Program-made: the position numbers and the translations under genes
Part shown: positions 41,273 to 53,790 of the stretch, piece by piece
Numbering within the stretch: the first letter of the stretch is position 1
Layout of the letters: each line of letters starts with the position of its first letter
NCBI RefSeq assembly: GCF_001194135.2
Contig: NC_068984.1
Span: 36,296,323 to 36,359,052 of the forward strand
Direction: 5' to 3'
DNA length: 62,730 bases
DNA from: Octopus bimaculoides
Taxonomy: Eukaryota
The notes under the pieces: model-generated
The model's input: the letters and a program-made list of their open reading frames with translations, nothing else
What the model was told of the DNA's origin: nothing
Databases searched by the model: none

Positions 41273-41371
41273 ACTGAGGTCGATGTAAGCAACTGGTCCC
41301 CTCTCACCGAAATTGAAGGCATTGTGCCTATACTAGAAATAATAATAATTATTATTATTATTGTTATTATT

Positions 41372-41427
<56 letters not shown>

Positions 41428-42150
41428 TAGGGCGGCGAGCTGGCAGAATTGTTATCACGCTGGTAGATATGCTTAGTGTTATTTCACCCGTTGCTACTTC
41501 CTGAATTCAAATTCCGCCCAAGTAGACTTTGATTTTTCATCCTTTCGGGGTCGATAAATTAAGTACCAGTTCCGTACAAGATCGATGTAGTTGACTAGTG
41601 CCCTCCCTCACACTTTCAGGTTTTGTGACTATAGCATTATTATCTGGCAGAATCGTTAGCACACCGGGCAAAATGCTTAGCGGTATTTCGTCTGTTTTCA
41701 CTTTTTAACTTCAAATACCAACGGCGGTGACTTTGCTTTTCATTCTTTAGGGTCGATGAAATAAGTAGTAGTTGAGTACTGGTGTGGATGCAATCCACTT
41801 ATCTCATGCCTGAAATTGCTGACCTTATGTCAAAATTTGAAATCATTATTAGTAAGGCGGCGAAATGGTAGAATCGTTAAGACGCCGGGTATCAATGCTT
41901 AGCGGCATTAAGTCCGTCTATATGTTCTGAGTTCAAATTCCGCTGAAGTCAACTTTTCTTTTCATCCTTTCGAGGTCGATAAAATAAGTACCAGTTGAGT
42001 TTTGGGGTGGAGGTAATCGACTTATTCCTTCTCCTGAAATTGCTAGCCTAGTGCTAAAATATGAAACCGTTCTTATTATTATCATTACTAAGGCGTCTAG
42101 AGAGCAGAATCGTTAGCATATCGGGCGAAGTACTTAGCCGCATTTCGTCC
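41273..42150 (+). mobile_element. Head-to-tail array of SINE family B (tail fragment, three full units and one partial head)
   Basis: Units at about 41273-41340 (tail only), 41431-41642, 41644-41853, 41854-42088 and 42089-42150, separated by (ATT)n-like spacers. Each full unit has the A-box-like head, a B-box-like motif and the cctttcggggtcgataaa core. Confidence 0.92.
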
Positions 42151-43537
42151 ATAACAAAGCAGATTTAAATTGAACATTCTTTTCGTCTTCAATATGTAAA
42201 GGGTTCAGTATTACATATATCATTGTAGAAAAATTATTTTCAGAATAACATAAATATACTTTGAACATATTCTATTTTATATAACTCTTTAATACAATTA
42301 GAGTATGGAAGCACGTTTTTATAGTGTGGTCAGTGTTGTCAACTAACGTAAACAACCTAATTTCCAATGACATTACAATGAACCACACACAGCAGATGAT
42401 CGTAGAGATGGAAGAGTCTTGCATTAGAAATAGAGCGTCTTTGCAATTATACTAAGTGTATATTCAAACAGTAAATCCTTTTATTTATAAGATATTCTTA
42501 TTATTTGTAATATGATAGCGTCTAGGAAGAAAACAATAAATTAACTGAATAGCAATGTTTTCATTTGTATAACAAAGTTTGGTAAAATTTATGATTCCGT
42601 GAACATTCTTGCGCAAAACTTAATATCAAAAACACTTTGAAGCTATCCAAAAAATATTGACACTAACATCGGGTTACTCAAATACTGGATAACAATTAAT
42701 TGAAAAACTATTAAATATACAGTAAGTAACCAATGCATGTTTATATTTATATATAGATTTATATATAAACTATTCAGTTATTTTGTAACACTTTAGATAT
42801 AGGCTTGCGTTGTGCCTGCCACATTGTCCACTTAAAAGGAGACTTAATACGTCTTTGTAAAGAAGTTCACATCAGGCTTCTGTACATAAATTTGTATTGG
42901 TTTCACAAATTAGTAACAAAATATAGAAAACCTGACTTGAACATGTGCTACATTTTGCTGATATAACATAATTCTGATTCTTGATCGCCTTATTTTGGTT
43001 TTAGTAGTTTAGTTTGATATTTTCCCTAATACATATTTAAATGTATATGCAGTTCATATATCTTTTCATCAAATCAGTCTTCTTTGAAATATTCATGAAA
43101 TATTCATGGATCTTGAAACATCGATTCAGTATAAAAGACGTCCATTGTTGCCAGTCCCTATATATAATTTTGTTTCCATTTAACGAAACAATTAATTATG
43201 CTCGCTAACGGAGAACTTCCCATACACACCAGCCCATGCTTACTTAATCGATATTCTGTAAGAATATTCATCATACTAGTTACAATATTCTCAGATAGTT
43301 GATTAATAAAAAAAAGTTTGCTAATTAGACTCAATAGAAAATTGTTCCGAATTGCTTTCTATGGACCTTAACAAGACCAAATTAGTTATTACCATGTTTC
43401 GGGGATATGCATTGTCTAAAGGTGCTTTGTGAAATGAAAAGGCTAGGGAAAATATTTTTAAAAAATAATGAACAACAATAATAAAGAAGAATATCAAATA
43501 TTTTTAATAATTATAACAATAAAATATAAACATTGAC

Positions 43538-43609
<72 letters not shown>

Positions 43610-44956
43610 CAGAGGAGGAAGGGGGAAAAGAAGGATAAGATTGAGAAGAATGATAATGGAATTATATTTTGCTAACCAACATATTTCCCACTTTCTTTCT
43701 GTCCAGTACGGCTCTCCTCAAGAAATTTCTCATCGTCTCGATAAATATCAAAGTCATACATTGATCGGCACTAATCAGCCCTCGAATGCAAATGTTGATG
43801 CTGCATTCCGAATTCATTTATCACTTTTAGTCTTGTACCTTAATCATATAAGATAACAATACCTACCACCCAATAAAACAAGTTTTCATTCTTATTTCAC
43901 TACTCTCATATTTTGTTTCCATCCCCACACGCTTTTACGTGCAACCAGCCATTGCGGACGTATATAATTACATGTTATATATGTAAACAAAGTAACATTG
44001 TATGTAATGTTATGAATGTAAGCAAAATAACAAAGTCTGTAATATATTTTCTAATAATGTTACAATGTCTAATGGACGTACACTTTATCCCCTGTTCTCT
44101 TGCATAATCGTCGATGCCACAATTATTAAAGAGACCCAAACGCCTCGTTGATTAATAAACACATTCACCACTTAATAAAATATATACAACCATTTTACTG
44201 AATAATTCTGAGTGCAAATGCTCCTGTTAAGAAAATAAACTCAAGTATCTTTGCAAATAAAGTGATGCCCGAGTAAATAAACAGAAGAATCCGTTGATCC
44301 ATTTAATAAATCAACCTAGTTTATCCTGTAATTGAACAAACTTCTGTGTTGTCGTTATAATATAGCCATGGTGATCCAGTTAATAAATACAATATGTAAG
44401 GGAAAATAAACTGGAATAAAGAATTATAGAAACAAATAAACACTTAAGACTCATTTTATAATCAGTAATACGTTAGTGACCTTATCATCAGAAACTTGTA
44501 AATTTCATTCGAGATTTGGCTCCAACGTGAAAATATATATCTGTATCTAGAATGGAAGAAAATGTAACAAAATAATTTTACTCACAATGTTTGTCTTGTA
44601 TTTATTTTAACATATCACTGTTGATACACGGATTTAAGCATATAAAATAATCTAACACACGCAAAATTAATGTAAAAAATATTTCACTTGATCTTTGTAA
44701 ATCATTAAGGAATTTTTATGTGATTATAGTCAATGTGACTGTAACACTTGCTTAAAAATGGAGATTTCCAGCTCTCCTTCTGCTCACCTGAAAATGTGTA
44801 TATATATATATATATATNNNNNNNNNNNNNNNNNNNNNNNNNNNNNNNNNNNNNNNNNNNNNNNNNNNNNNNNNNNNNNNNNNNNNNNNNNNNNNNNNNN
44901 NNNNNNNNNNNNNNNNNNNNNNNNNNNNNNNNNNNNNNNNNNNNNNNNNNNNNNNN

Positions 44957-45018
<62 letters not shown>

Positions 45019-46104
45019 CAGGCTAGAAAATGATTTGTCTCACACATGGAAAAATATAAATGACATTGAAAAAGCAGTTAGAGTTCTTAATGAGATGGTT
45101 TTATGATTTCCTGTCTCTCAAAACCGTTGTGGAATGGATCGAAGTTTGGCTATACCTTATCTCATTTTTTACCGCACTATGAAAGTTTATTTTTCTACGT
45201 TGAAATAATGTTTCACGTCGCTCTCAGATGGTCTCGGGACATCCCTAGTTTCCGATCCATCCGTGTCCCTGAACGGTACTTGCTCAAAAAGACATGTCTG
45301 TGTTAGGTCTGTAAAAACTGGATGTGACTGCACGAACAAATATTGTGCAGAATGCTTTTGTATTAAAATACTGAGACATTACAGTCGATAACTGTGCCAA
45401 AATACAAGGGTATGTTAATCGAATGAATGTCACATGATAATATATATAACACTTTTGTTAAAGATTGAAAATTATCAGACGAATTGAAAGTAAAGGAAAA
45501 GTTACTTCGTTGTATGCAAGCTACAGTAATTTGCATCTGCTAAAATTGTCTTTGTTTGGGTATGAGGATGTGAATGACAATAACCTAATATTTTAGAAAT
45601 TCAGTCATAGTTAGCGAATTTAACTTTTCGATGTATTGTACCATTGTGCATGCTATGGGTTAAATTTATATATTAGATTATTGGGTGTATATGATGTTCT
45701 TTTTGTTCTTCGTAATATTTGAATGTCTACTTATTATCGCTTTTGGTATATGTCTTTCAATTAGTATTCATTTAAATTCTTGGCATCTTTTATCCAGAGT
45801 TTCAAAATTCAAAAGATTTTACAATTTTCGTCTTGCGAAATGAAGTGTTATGTCTTATTTTTATGTTTCGGTGGCATGTAATAAACAGTACGTGGTATTT
45901 AGGAGTATGATAGTTCGTAGCTGACGTCCTTTTCATTGTTCGTGAATTTATTATGATTGAAATGTTCAAGACTGTATTCCGTTGAGATATATACTTTGTT
46001 TATACTATGCAACTCATGACAGCTTTCAAATTATTGAATTGGTCAGGGCTGTAGATCCACAGTAGGAAACATTGATCCAAGTGGGGTTCCGATTTGCCTA
46101 ATAG

Positions 46105-46160
46105 ATTCTTTTATTCTTTTATTTGTTTCAGTCACTTGACTGCAGTCATGCTGGAGATAT
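46105..46160 (-). mobile_element. SINE family A 3' tail fragment
   Basis: The reverse complement ccagcatgactgcagtcaagtgactgaaacaaataaaagaataaaag matches the family A tail. Confidence 0.7.
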
Positions 46161-46544
46161 GGAATTTAAGCCTACACAGTAGATTATGTTGTTAATATAT
46201 TTGGGCATCTGGGTATAGAACAAATAAACTGATGACAGTCACGCAACAGACATCCCGACTACTGCTCCAGTTATTTGTAAACGCTAACACTGAAGTCAAA
46301 ATTTTATTTCATTCCATGAATTTTCTTCTTTAACTAATTAAATATAAGTCTATTTGATCTGGTATTTTATCGGGTATTAATACAGTCATATATATATATA
46401 TATACACATTTAAACATGTCCACATATATACGAAGATACAAAAGCACGCATATATACGAAGATACAAAAGCACGCATATATACTTCAATTAATGAATGCA
46501 TAAATATAAATGAATGCATTTTAGCCATTTAACAACCACCCATA

Positions 46545-46790
46545 AAACATGCTCCTATTCTTCTGCCGATATTTTCACTTTCTCTCCGCATTTCTATCAA
46601 GAAATACTATATTTCTTTTGTTCCTCGCTTTATCCGTTTTTGTTCCCTCATTTACCCGTAGGCATTTTCCTTCTACCCTAGAGCTCATGACAATTGGCGT
46701 CTTGGTTTTCTGCTTCTATTTGAGATCTTTTACCATCTACTGTTGTTTTTACCAATACTCATAAATTTTACCAATTTGAAGGATATTTTC
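46545..46790 (-). mobile_element. Possible RTE-type LINE 3' remnant
   Basis: IVMSSRVEGKCLR...FLDRNAERK loosely resembles the RTE C-terminal motif VEGKR.RGRP...A.DR..WR. Confidence 0.25.
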
Positions 46791-47334
46791 ATTTTCTCAT
46801 ATGTAATCTAAACATATCAAAGTGTTTGTCTTATATTCTACAATTTAATTTCAGTTTTGAACGATTTCCGCTTTGTTTCGCAGACGTAAGCCTGAAAACA
46901 CACAATTTTCCACTTGCATACAAACAATTAACAAACTCCACGTAGTTCTCAACAACCACAATATTTCTTCCACGCATACAATTCATTCAACAACACCCAA
47001 TATATGTTTTTAAAGATCATATCTAAAAATTACATACACCAATATATCTCCACCCCAACTAAGTTAGCGTTTCACTTCAACACTTGCACACTTCTATGCA
47101 CAGACTCACTGTTCTTTACCAAATGTACGTGCGCTGTTCTGTTATACTTACCTAGTGACGAAGAATCACTTTAATACGTGTATCTAGACATGTAACCTCC
47201 TCCTATGCTCCACCCGTAGAACGCCATTATACAATGTTTTTCACACTTCATCTTGCAACTTACGTGATACATTTTTTAAACCTTCACTCTATTTTGTATT
47301 TTGGAATAATACTTTTCATCTTTCTGTACACAGA

Positions 47335-47391
<57 letters not shown>

Positions 47392-47544
47392 TGTTTCTAA
47401 CCGCCCTCTTCCCCTCGTCCTCGCTCTCTTTCTCTCTCACTCTTTCTCACCCTTCTCGTTCTATCTCGATGACACTGTTCCTGTCTTCTCGATGAAAGAC
47501 GGACGTGCAAAACATTACTGTGTGTGTGTGTCTGTATGCCGCCA

Positions 47545-48060
47545 ACATTGAGCTCCTGGAAATAATTGCTAAGCCCTAGATAGACAGTGTATGCAATGGA
47601 AGGCCATGCGTGTTTCAGTTAGTCTCTGCACTGTTACACATAGCTCTACTAACACAGGGATGGATGTCTGAAACTTTTCATAATCACTTAACCTCTAACA
47701 TTTGGCATCCTGATTCCCAAGATCTCCATCCACTGTACTATTTATTACATGCGGAGCGTTGTTGAGCGAGAGGTCAATGACCACGCCCATAATACAAGAG
47801 ATTCTTTCAAAACTACCATAGTGAGAGCAATATCCAAAATGAACCAGAAATACTTGATTCCAGCATGTAGATGATAAAGATCTCATATAGAAGCAGTTGG
47901 TGAGGTTGCAGGTTAGGTTGCTTTATTGAATAACATTATAGAAAAGTTTTATTTTCACACTCATAGAATTTTTTGGATAGATAAATTTATTATCTATTCT
48001 TATATATCTGGGGTTTTTTTATAAACATAAATCTGTCCTCAAATATATTGCGCACCATAT
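47545..48060 (+). mobile_element. maT/DD37D (Tc1/mariner superfamily) transposon 3' part
   Basis: Translates as ELLEIIAKP*IDSVCNGRPCVFQ..., TQGWMSETFHNHLTSNIWHPDSQDLHPLYY and VEREVNDHAHNT...IEAV. It ends in a TIR-like sequence before TA repeats. Confidence 0.8.
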
Positions 48061-48196
48061 ATATATATATATATAGGGCTTAAGAATCCGCACTCATTGC
48101 GGCTTTTAAGCTAGTACACAAATGTATATGTATGTATGTATCCATATATGCATATATGTATATATATGTGCATGTGTGTGTGAGTGAGTGCGTATG

Positions 48197-48254
<58 letters not shown>

Positions 48255-48688
48255 NNNNNNNNNNNNNNNNNNNNNNNNNNNNNNNNNNNNNNNNNNNNNN
48301 NNNNNNNNNNNNNNNNNNNNNNNNNNNNNNNNNNNNNNNNNNNNNNNNNNNNNNNNNNNNNNNNNNNNNNNNNNNNNNNNNNNNNNNNNNNNNNNNNNNN
48401 NNNNNNNNNNNNNNNNNNNNNNNNNNNNNNNNNNNNNNNNNNNNNNNNNNNNNNNNNNNNNNNNNNNNNNNNNNNNNNNNNNNNNNNNNNNNNNNNNNNN
48501 NNNNNNNNNNNNNNNNNNNNNNNNNNNNNNNNNNNNNNNNNNNNNNNNNNNNNNNNNTATATATATATATATATATATATATATGTGAGTGTGTGTATAT
48601 ATATGCATGTATAAATTGAGGATATAATTGATAAAATGATTATATCAGTGGCCAGCATATAAAAACGACCATATCCATAAAATTAATA

Positions 48689-48853
48689 TTTAAGTATATA
48701 ATTATGAATATATAATTATAATTAAGGGCGCTGGAGGACCAACATCAATATATTAGAGGTAGATGTCAAAGATTTGACATCTACTTAAGCGTACTGACGT
48801 TGTCCCTTTAGTACCCTTAATTATAATTATATATTTGTAATTATATACTTAAA
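48689..48853. repeat. 165-bp foldback palindrome (MITE-like)
   Basis: The arms pair along their length. The core is gtagatgtcaaa-ga-tttgacatctac (perfect 12 bp). TTAA sits at both outer ends. Confidence 0.9.
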
Positions 48854-48921
48854 CATATATACATGTGTGTGTGTGTGCGTGTGTTTGTGTGTGTGTGTGT
48901 GTGTATGCATGCGTGTGTGCG

Positions 48922-48967
<46 letters not shown>

Positions 48968-49292
48968 ACGTTTCTATGCATATAAAAGTATGTATGTATC
49001 TATCTATTTATCTCTATCAATCTAACTAACTCTCCCTTTTATTTTCACTCCCTCTCGTTCTCTCTCGAGAAATCTCGAGGATACAACAGATAAAAGTGAA
49101 CCGTTAAGTTTAGGTTATTCGCGGATGATGACACTTATGACCCAATTAAAATCCTGGGGTTTTAACTGGGTCATAATCATTAGAGATTGTATTCTTCGGA
49201 GCTTTTCTTGTATATATATATGCGTGTGTGTGTCCGTGTGTTTGTGTACGTGTGCGTTTATGCATACATACATACATACATACATACATACA

Positions 49293-49324
<32 letters not shown>

Positions 49325-49325
<1 letters not shown>

Positions 49326-50260
49326 TCTCAGGAGAGAATGAGTGCTGTTTCGGGGCCTACCTCTCGACGGCATTAATGCGTACCGGCCCCCCTCACTGAT
49401 ATGAGGCCCCGCTTGCTAGATCAACTGATTATTAGATAAAGCTCAATCTTTCTTTCGCCATCGCTCATCGTCTCTTTTTAACCAAATCCAGTGGCTAGCC
49501 TTCTCCACTGTAGTTTGGATATCGGTCATGGTGGTATTTAACTTACGATTAGTTAGGCCTAACGATAATAACAGTCGTCTCACACTGTATCAAACAAACC
49601 CTCTCTATCCAAATTCGATTGGAAAATGCTCCGCTTTCCTCTTGTTGTGTCTACACTTTCCTTTCGCTAATCGGATATTCTCTTTCACTCCAAACAATTC
49701 ATTTCCTGTATCGTAAATTGAGTTTGTTAATTTTCCCAGTTTCTCCACTGTAGAGCCTGTCATCTTATAAAGAATTCGGCATACCGTGTTTTCAAAATCT
49801 ATATTCCCCTTTCTCATTAGCAGCAGGCCACAAAACCCTCGGTTTCCTTCGAGTACTATCTGATGCACCAGTTTCATGAGTTGCAATTTCTTGACGGGAA
49901 GAAGTCTTTACTGTAGCATTTATCGATCCGCTGTGGTTTTAGTCCAGGGAGGATTTGCCACGTGTTTTACAATCAGATGATCCACACTGCTCTGTCTTCT
50001 TCTCACAAGTCTTTCTCTGGTGTATCTTCAAGGCTCTCACAGTTTCAAAGGTTCTACAGCACAGCTTGCATCCATTCGTTCGCTGTTCGAATCAGTAGCC
50101 TAAGTCGTGACCAAAGTCATTTCTCTGTTAACTCTGTTTGATTACTTCTCGATTCCCCCCCTCTCGGTCAATCGTGGGGCCGTCATTCTAATTAGTAGTT
50201 GTTACAATATATTACAAAGGCGAGGATTGTATGTCCGCAGCCTCAGCCAGTCTCTCCTGG
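49325..50260 (-). mobile_element. HERO-type (R2 group) non-LTR retrotransposon, 5'-truncated and degenerate
   Basis: The C-terminus reads HFPIEFG*RGFV*YSVRRLLLSLG...VEKASHWIWLKRDDERW, the HERO signature EVGCRGF...EKAS.W.WLKR. The 3' UTR is followed by (ATGT)n at 49262-49320. Confidence 0.8.
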
Positions 50261-50268
50261 TGTCGATA

Positions 50269-50307
<39 letters not shown>

Positions 50308-50311
<4 letters not shown>

Positions 50312-50419
50312 GGAGTAAGCACATGAAATTTCTAACAAAACTGTCCGATGAACGGGAACGTGAAACTCAGAGTAACGGTTTTTTTGTTATATTTCTGCTG
50401 CTTTTAAATAAAGTATATA
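50308..50419 (+). mobile_element. ~110-bp mini-element in (TA)n carrying a hammerhead-like core
   Basis: Complex sequence between TA tracts, containing ctgt-CCGATGA-ACG-GGAA-CGT-GAAA-C-TC-agag. The right side abuts an N-gap. Confidence 0.45.
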
Positions 50420-51291
50420 NNNNNNNNNNNNNNNNNNNNNNNNNNNNNNNNNNNNNNNNNNNNNNNNNNNNNNNNNNNNNNNNNNNNNNNNNNNNNNNNN
50501 NNNNNNNNNNNNNNNNNNNNNNNNNNNNNNNATATATATATATATATATAGACATATTTATAGACAGACAGACAGACAGATGCATACGTACATTCATAGA
50601 TAAGTTTATATAGAGTGGCAAACATATTCCTAGTGAGAGACATTCACGTGCTATAAACAATTTGTAAGTGCGCATGGTCTTTCAAGATAGAAACATCTAT
50701 TTAGGATAAATGACTATGCATCCCATATGTATGAGTCATGAATTATTAGTAGAATTTAGCGTAAGTATATACATATACATTTAGGTACAGGCTGTGTCAT
50801 GTGAATGAAGGAAATTATGTTTTTGTTGAATCCTATAGTTTTGTTGTGACATCCACACAAACACATATTTCGAGCGTGTAATTTGTGCAACTAATTCTAT
50901 ATTGACCAATACGTTAATACCTAAGCTAATCTATTTTCTAATGTCTTCAGGATGTGTTAGTGTTTATACATATTTGTATTAGAGTGTTTCAGTGGTGTTT
51001 AAACATATTCCATTAAAAAAAAAAAACAGGAAAAGAAATTATGAAAATATGACTGAGATATAACGGCAATCACCAAGGGAAATCACTTTGCAATAGGATT
51101 TATGCCATAAATTTTCTTGAAAACAGCAAAAATATGTGTGCTGGTAATAACAATTACAATGAATATAATATGCAGAAGACGATGGCGATGATAATGATGG
51201 CTCCGTGAAAAGTGACAATATCAATTGAAGGAAAACTAATAACAACAACAACAAAATGGAGTGGAGGGGGAGGAGAGTGATTAAAATGATG

Positions 51292-51334
<43 letters not shown>

Positions 51335-51449
51335 GTAGGAGGAGACGGAGTTTGGGGAGGAGGAGGGGGTTTCTTTGTTGATCACAAGAGCTTATACAAA
51401 ACGAGTACAATATTGCAGGAAACAGAAATGGGTTTTACGTGTAAACAAA

Positions 51450-52150
51450 ATCGAGCAATTTTAGCATTTCAACATGGAAGATTTTTTCCAGTAGAGTCGG
51501 AAAAGTCCAAGAGATGCCATGGAAACTTACAAAAGGAAGGTCACTCTGAACATGAACTAAGAATCTATTCTTAGCTGTTGCGATTCAGTTCTAAAAGCGC
51601 ATGCTCAGAACAGAATCGTTCTATCAACCCGTGCCACACAATCGTTCACCCTTCAGCAAATTGGTTAGATGACAACACTCTCTTCTCCAGTCGTAATTTA
51701 AATTGAAATCTAAATAAGCTGATGACGGTTTGTCCAAAGAATGCCGCAAGAAACAACTGCTTCCCTGACTACTAGACATAATAAAACCATCTACACATCC
51801 TCGGTAAATGAAGGTGGCAGAGTGACCTTCACAATGACCTCAAATTTTAGACGGTCAGTGCCACACGTCAGTGTACGTGCTCAGCATATTCGAACTAGTC
51901 AGCAATGCTCTGTCAATAGACGACGTTCTTCTCGCACTTCGGGCAAAAAAATTGATAAACAGCATTTCCCTGTTAGTAGAGTATATCACTACCAAGTCAA
52001 AGATTTCTAGGAATTATCCATGGCCTCCCGTATTAAAGTCATCTACAAGAGGCTTGACAACCAATTTCTACGAGAACGTTGTCAATTTTTGCCTGCCATT
52101 ATTCCTTATTGAAAATATCAATATGAAATTCCTACTAACAGCTTCGTCCG
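51450..52150 (+). mobile_element. Decayed reverse transcriptase remnant (probably R2-group non-LTR)
   Basis: Fragments in shifting frames: NWLDDNTLFS, KECRKKQLL..LLDIIKP, LSIFELVSNALSIDDVLLAL (YxDD-like) and QRFLG. Confidence 0.35.
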
Positions 52151-52309
52151 ACAGTATTTTCAATCTGTAACAGTTTTAACAGTATTTTAGAATGTCTAAT
52201 GGCATCAAGCAATATTTATATATATATGTATATATATGGATGTATTTAAACTAATTAAAGTAAATTTTACAGGATATTCTAATTGAAATTTCATTAATTG
52301 TAGCTCTTC

Positions 52310-52800
52310 AGACATGTGAATGTCTATGGAGTATTAATGCTTTATGAGTTTAAAAAAAGGAATTCTGGTGTGAAGCGACTCGAAATATTCTCTCACTTTA
52401 TGGCGACGAGTACCTGAATGACAGGACTTACTGAATATATTTTGCCAAATTAAGACGTGGAGATTTTAGCCTTGAAAATGTGACCGGAGCAGGACGTCCT
52501 ATTTAATTTTTATGACAAGCTCCTTCTGGTAGAACTTGAAAAAGATCATGCACTTTGAGTTGGGGAACTGACAAGCGAGCTTCGTTCAAGCCATACAACT
52601 TCGACAGTTTGTAAAGTCCTAAAACTCGGAAAGTAGGTGACTCGTGATTTATCTGATGTGAACCGCAAATCCCAAGTGAACATCTGCTCTTCTCTTGGTT
52701 CTCGTGAACTCATCTCGCCCGTTTTATACATTCTGGTGGTCGGTGATGGAATATGGGTCATTTATCAAAATATTTAGCGTCGTAGACACTAGCTTGGTGA
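52310..52800 (+). mobile_element. mariner transposase remnant (N-terminal half)
   Basis: Translates as LMLYEFKK...EATRNILSLYGDEYLNDRT...FAKLRRGDFSLEN..GAGRP, then ELTSELRSSHTT and GDGIWVIYQN, the degenerate GDEKW motif. Confidence 0.8.
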
Positions 52801-53587
52801 ATCGAAAAATTGCTCAGCCGCCTTATTACCTAGACCCTGTTCCTTGAGATTACCATTTGTTCCGTACTTTACATTATCATTTGGATGGATTAACTCTCGA
52901 AACAACTAATGCGATTTAAAAGCTTACGATTGGATTGACATATGTCATAGATAATCGTGTGAACTATATTGACGATTAAGCTTCATTAAAATATAAAATT
53001 TGCTCAGTTGTTTTCTTATCTCAAATCTGGACATTACTTATGTGATGACCTTATATATATAGTGCTGATGATGATGCAAATGTGTGTACAGAAGTTTAAA
53101 TTTTGGCTCCAACAAATTTTTATCATTATTTCAATTTGGTAATGCTCATATGTATTGTTCTTATGATTGTTAGAAATAATTCAATGCCTGTTGATGCTGA
53201 TGCCATTATCGATTAAAACCCATTTTCTTCTTTGTTCACTGTGTGTAACTTGTACAATATAGTTAATTGTCTTTAGATTTTAATAATCACGTACGTGCAG
53301 TCTTCGTTTTCGCTTTTCTTTTCTTTGTAAGTGGAGTTTTAGCTGATATTTTCGTGTGCAATTTTGTATGTGATTGTATGCCAATAATAAATAAATATAG
53401 CTAATCAAAAAACAAGTACTATTTCCGGTTTGAACTTTATGTGGGCAAAGTTGTGTATGTATTGTCCAAAAGATTCACTGCGAATAAAACTGTACAGAAT
53501 AGTATTCCATCCGTTTTGTACGTTATAAACCATAGCCTTTTAAAGAGGTATTTAAAAATAAGCTAGGTCAAATTAGCATAGCATAGG

Positions 53588-53790
53588 AGAAGAAGAAGAA
53601 GAAGAAGAAGAAGAAGAAGAAGAAGAAGAAGAAGAAGAAGGAGAAGAAGAAGAAGAAGAAGAAGAAGAAGAAGAAGAAGAAGAAGAAGAAGAAGAAGAAG
53701 AAGAAGAAGAAGAAGAAGAAGAAGAAGAAGAAGAAGAAGAAGAAGAAGAAGAAGAAGAAGAAGAAGAAGAAGAAGAAGAAGAAGAAGAAG
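53588..53790 (+). repeat. Long (GAA)n tract of about 67 units with one interruption
   Basis: Read directly from the sequence. Confidence 0.99.
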
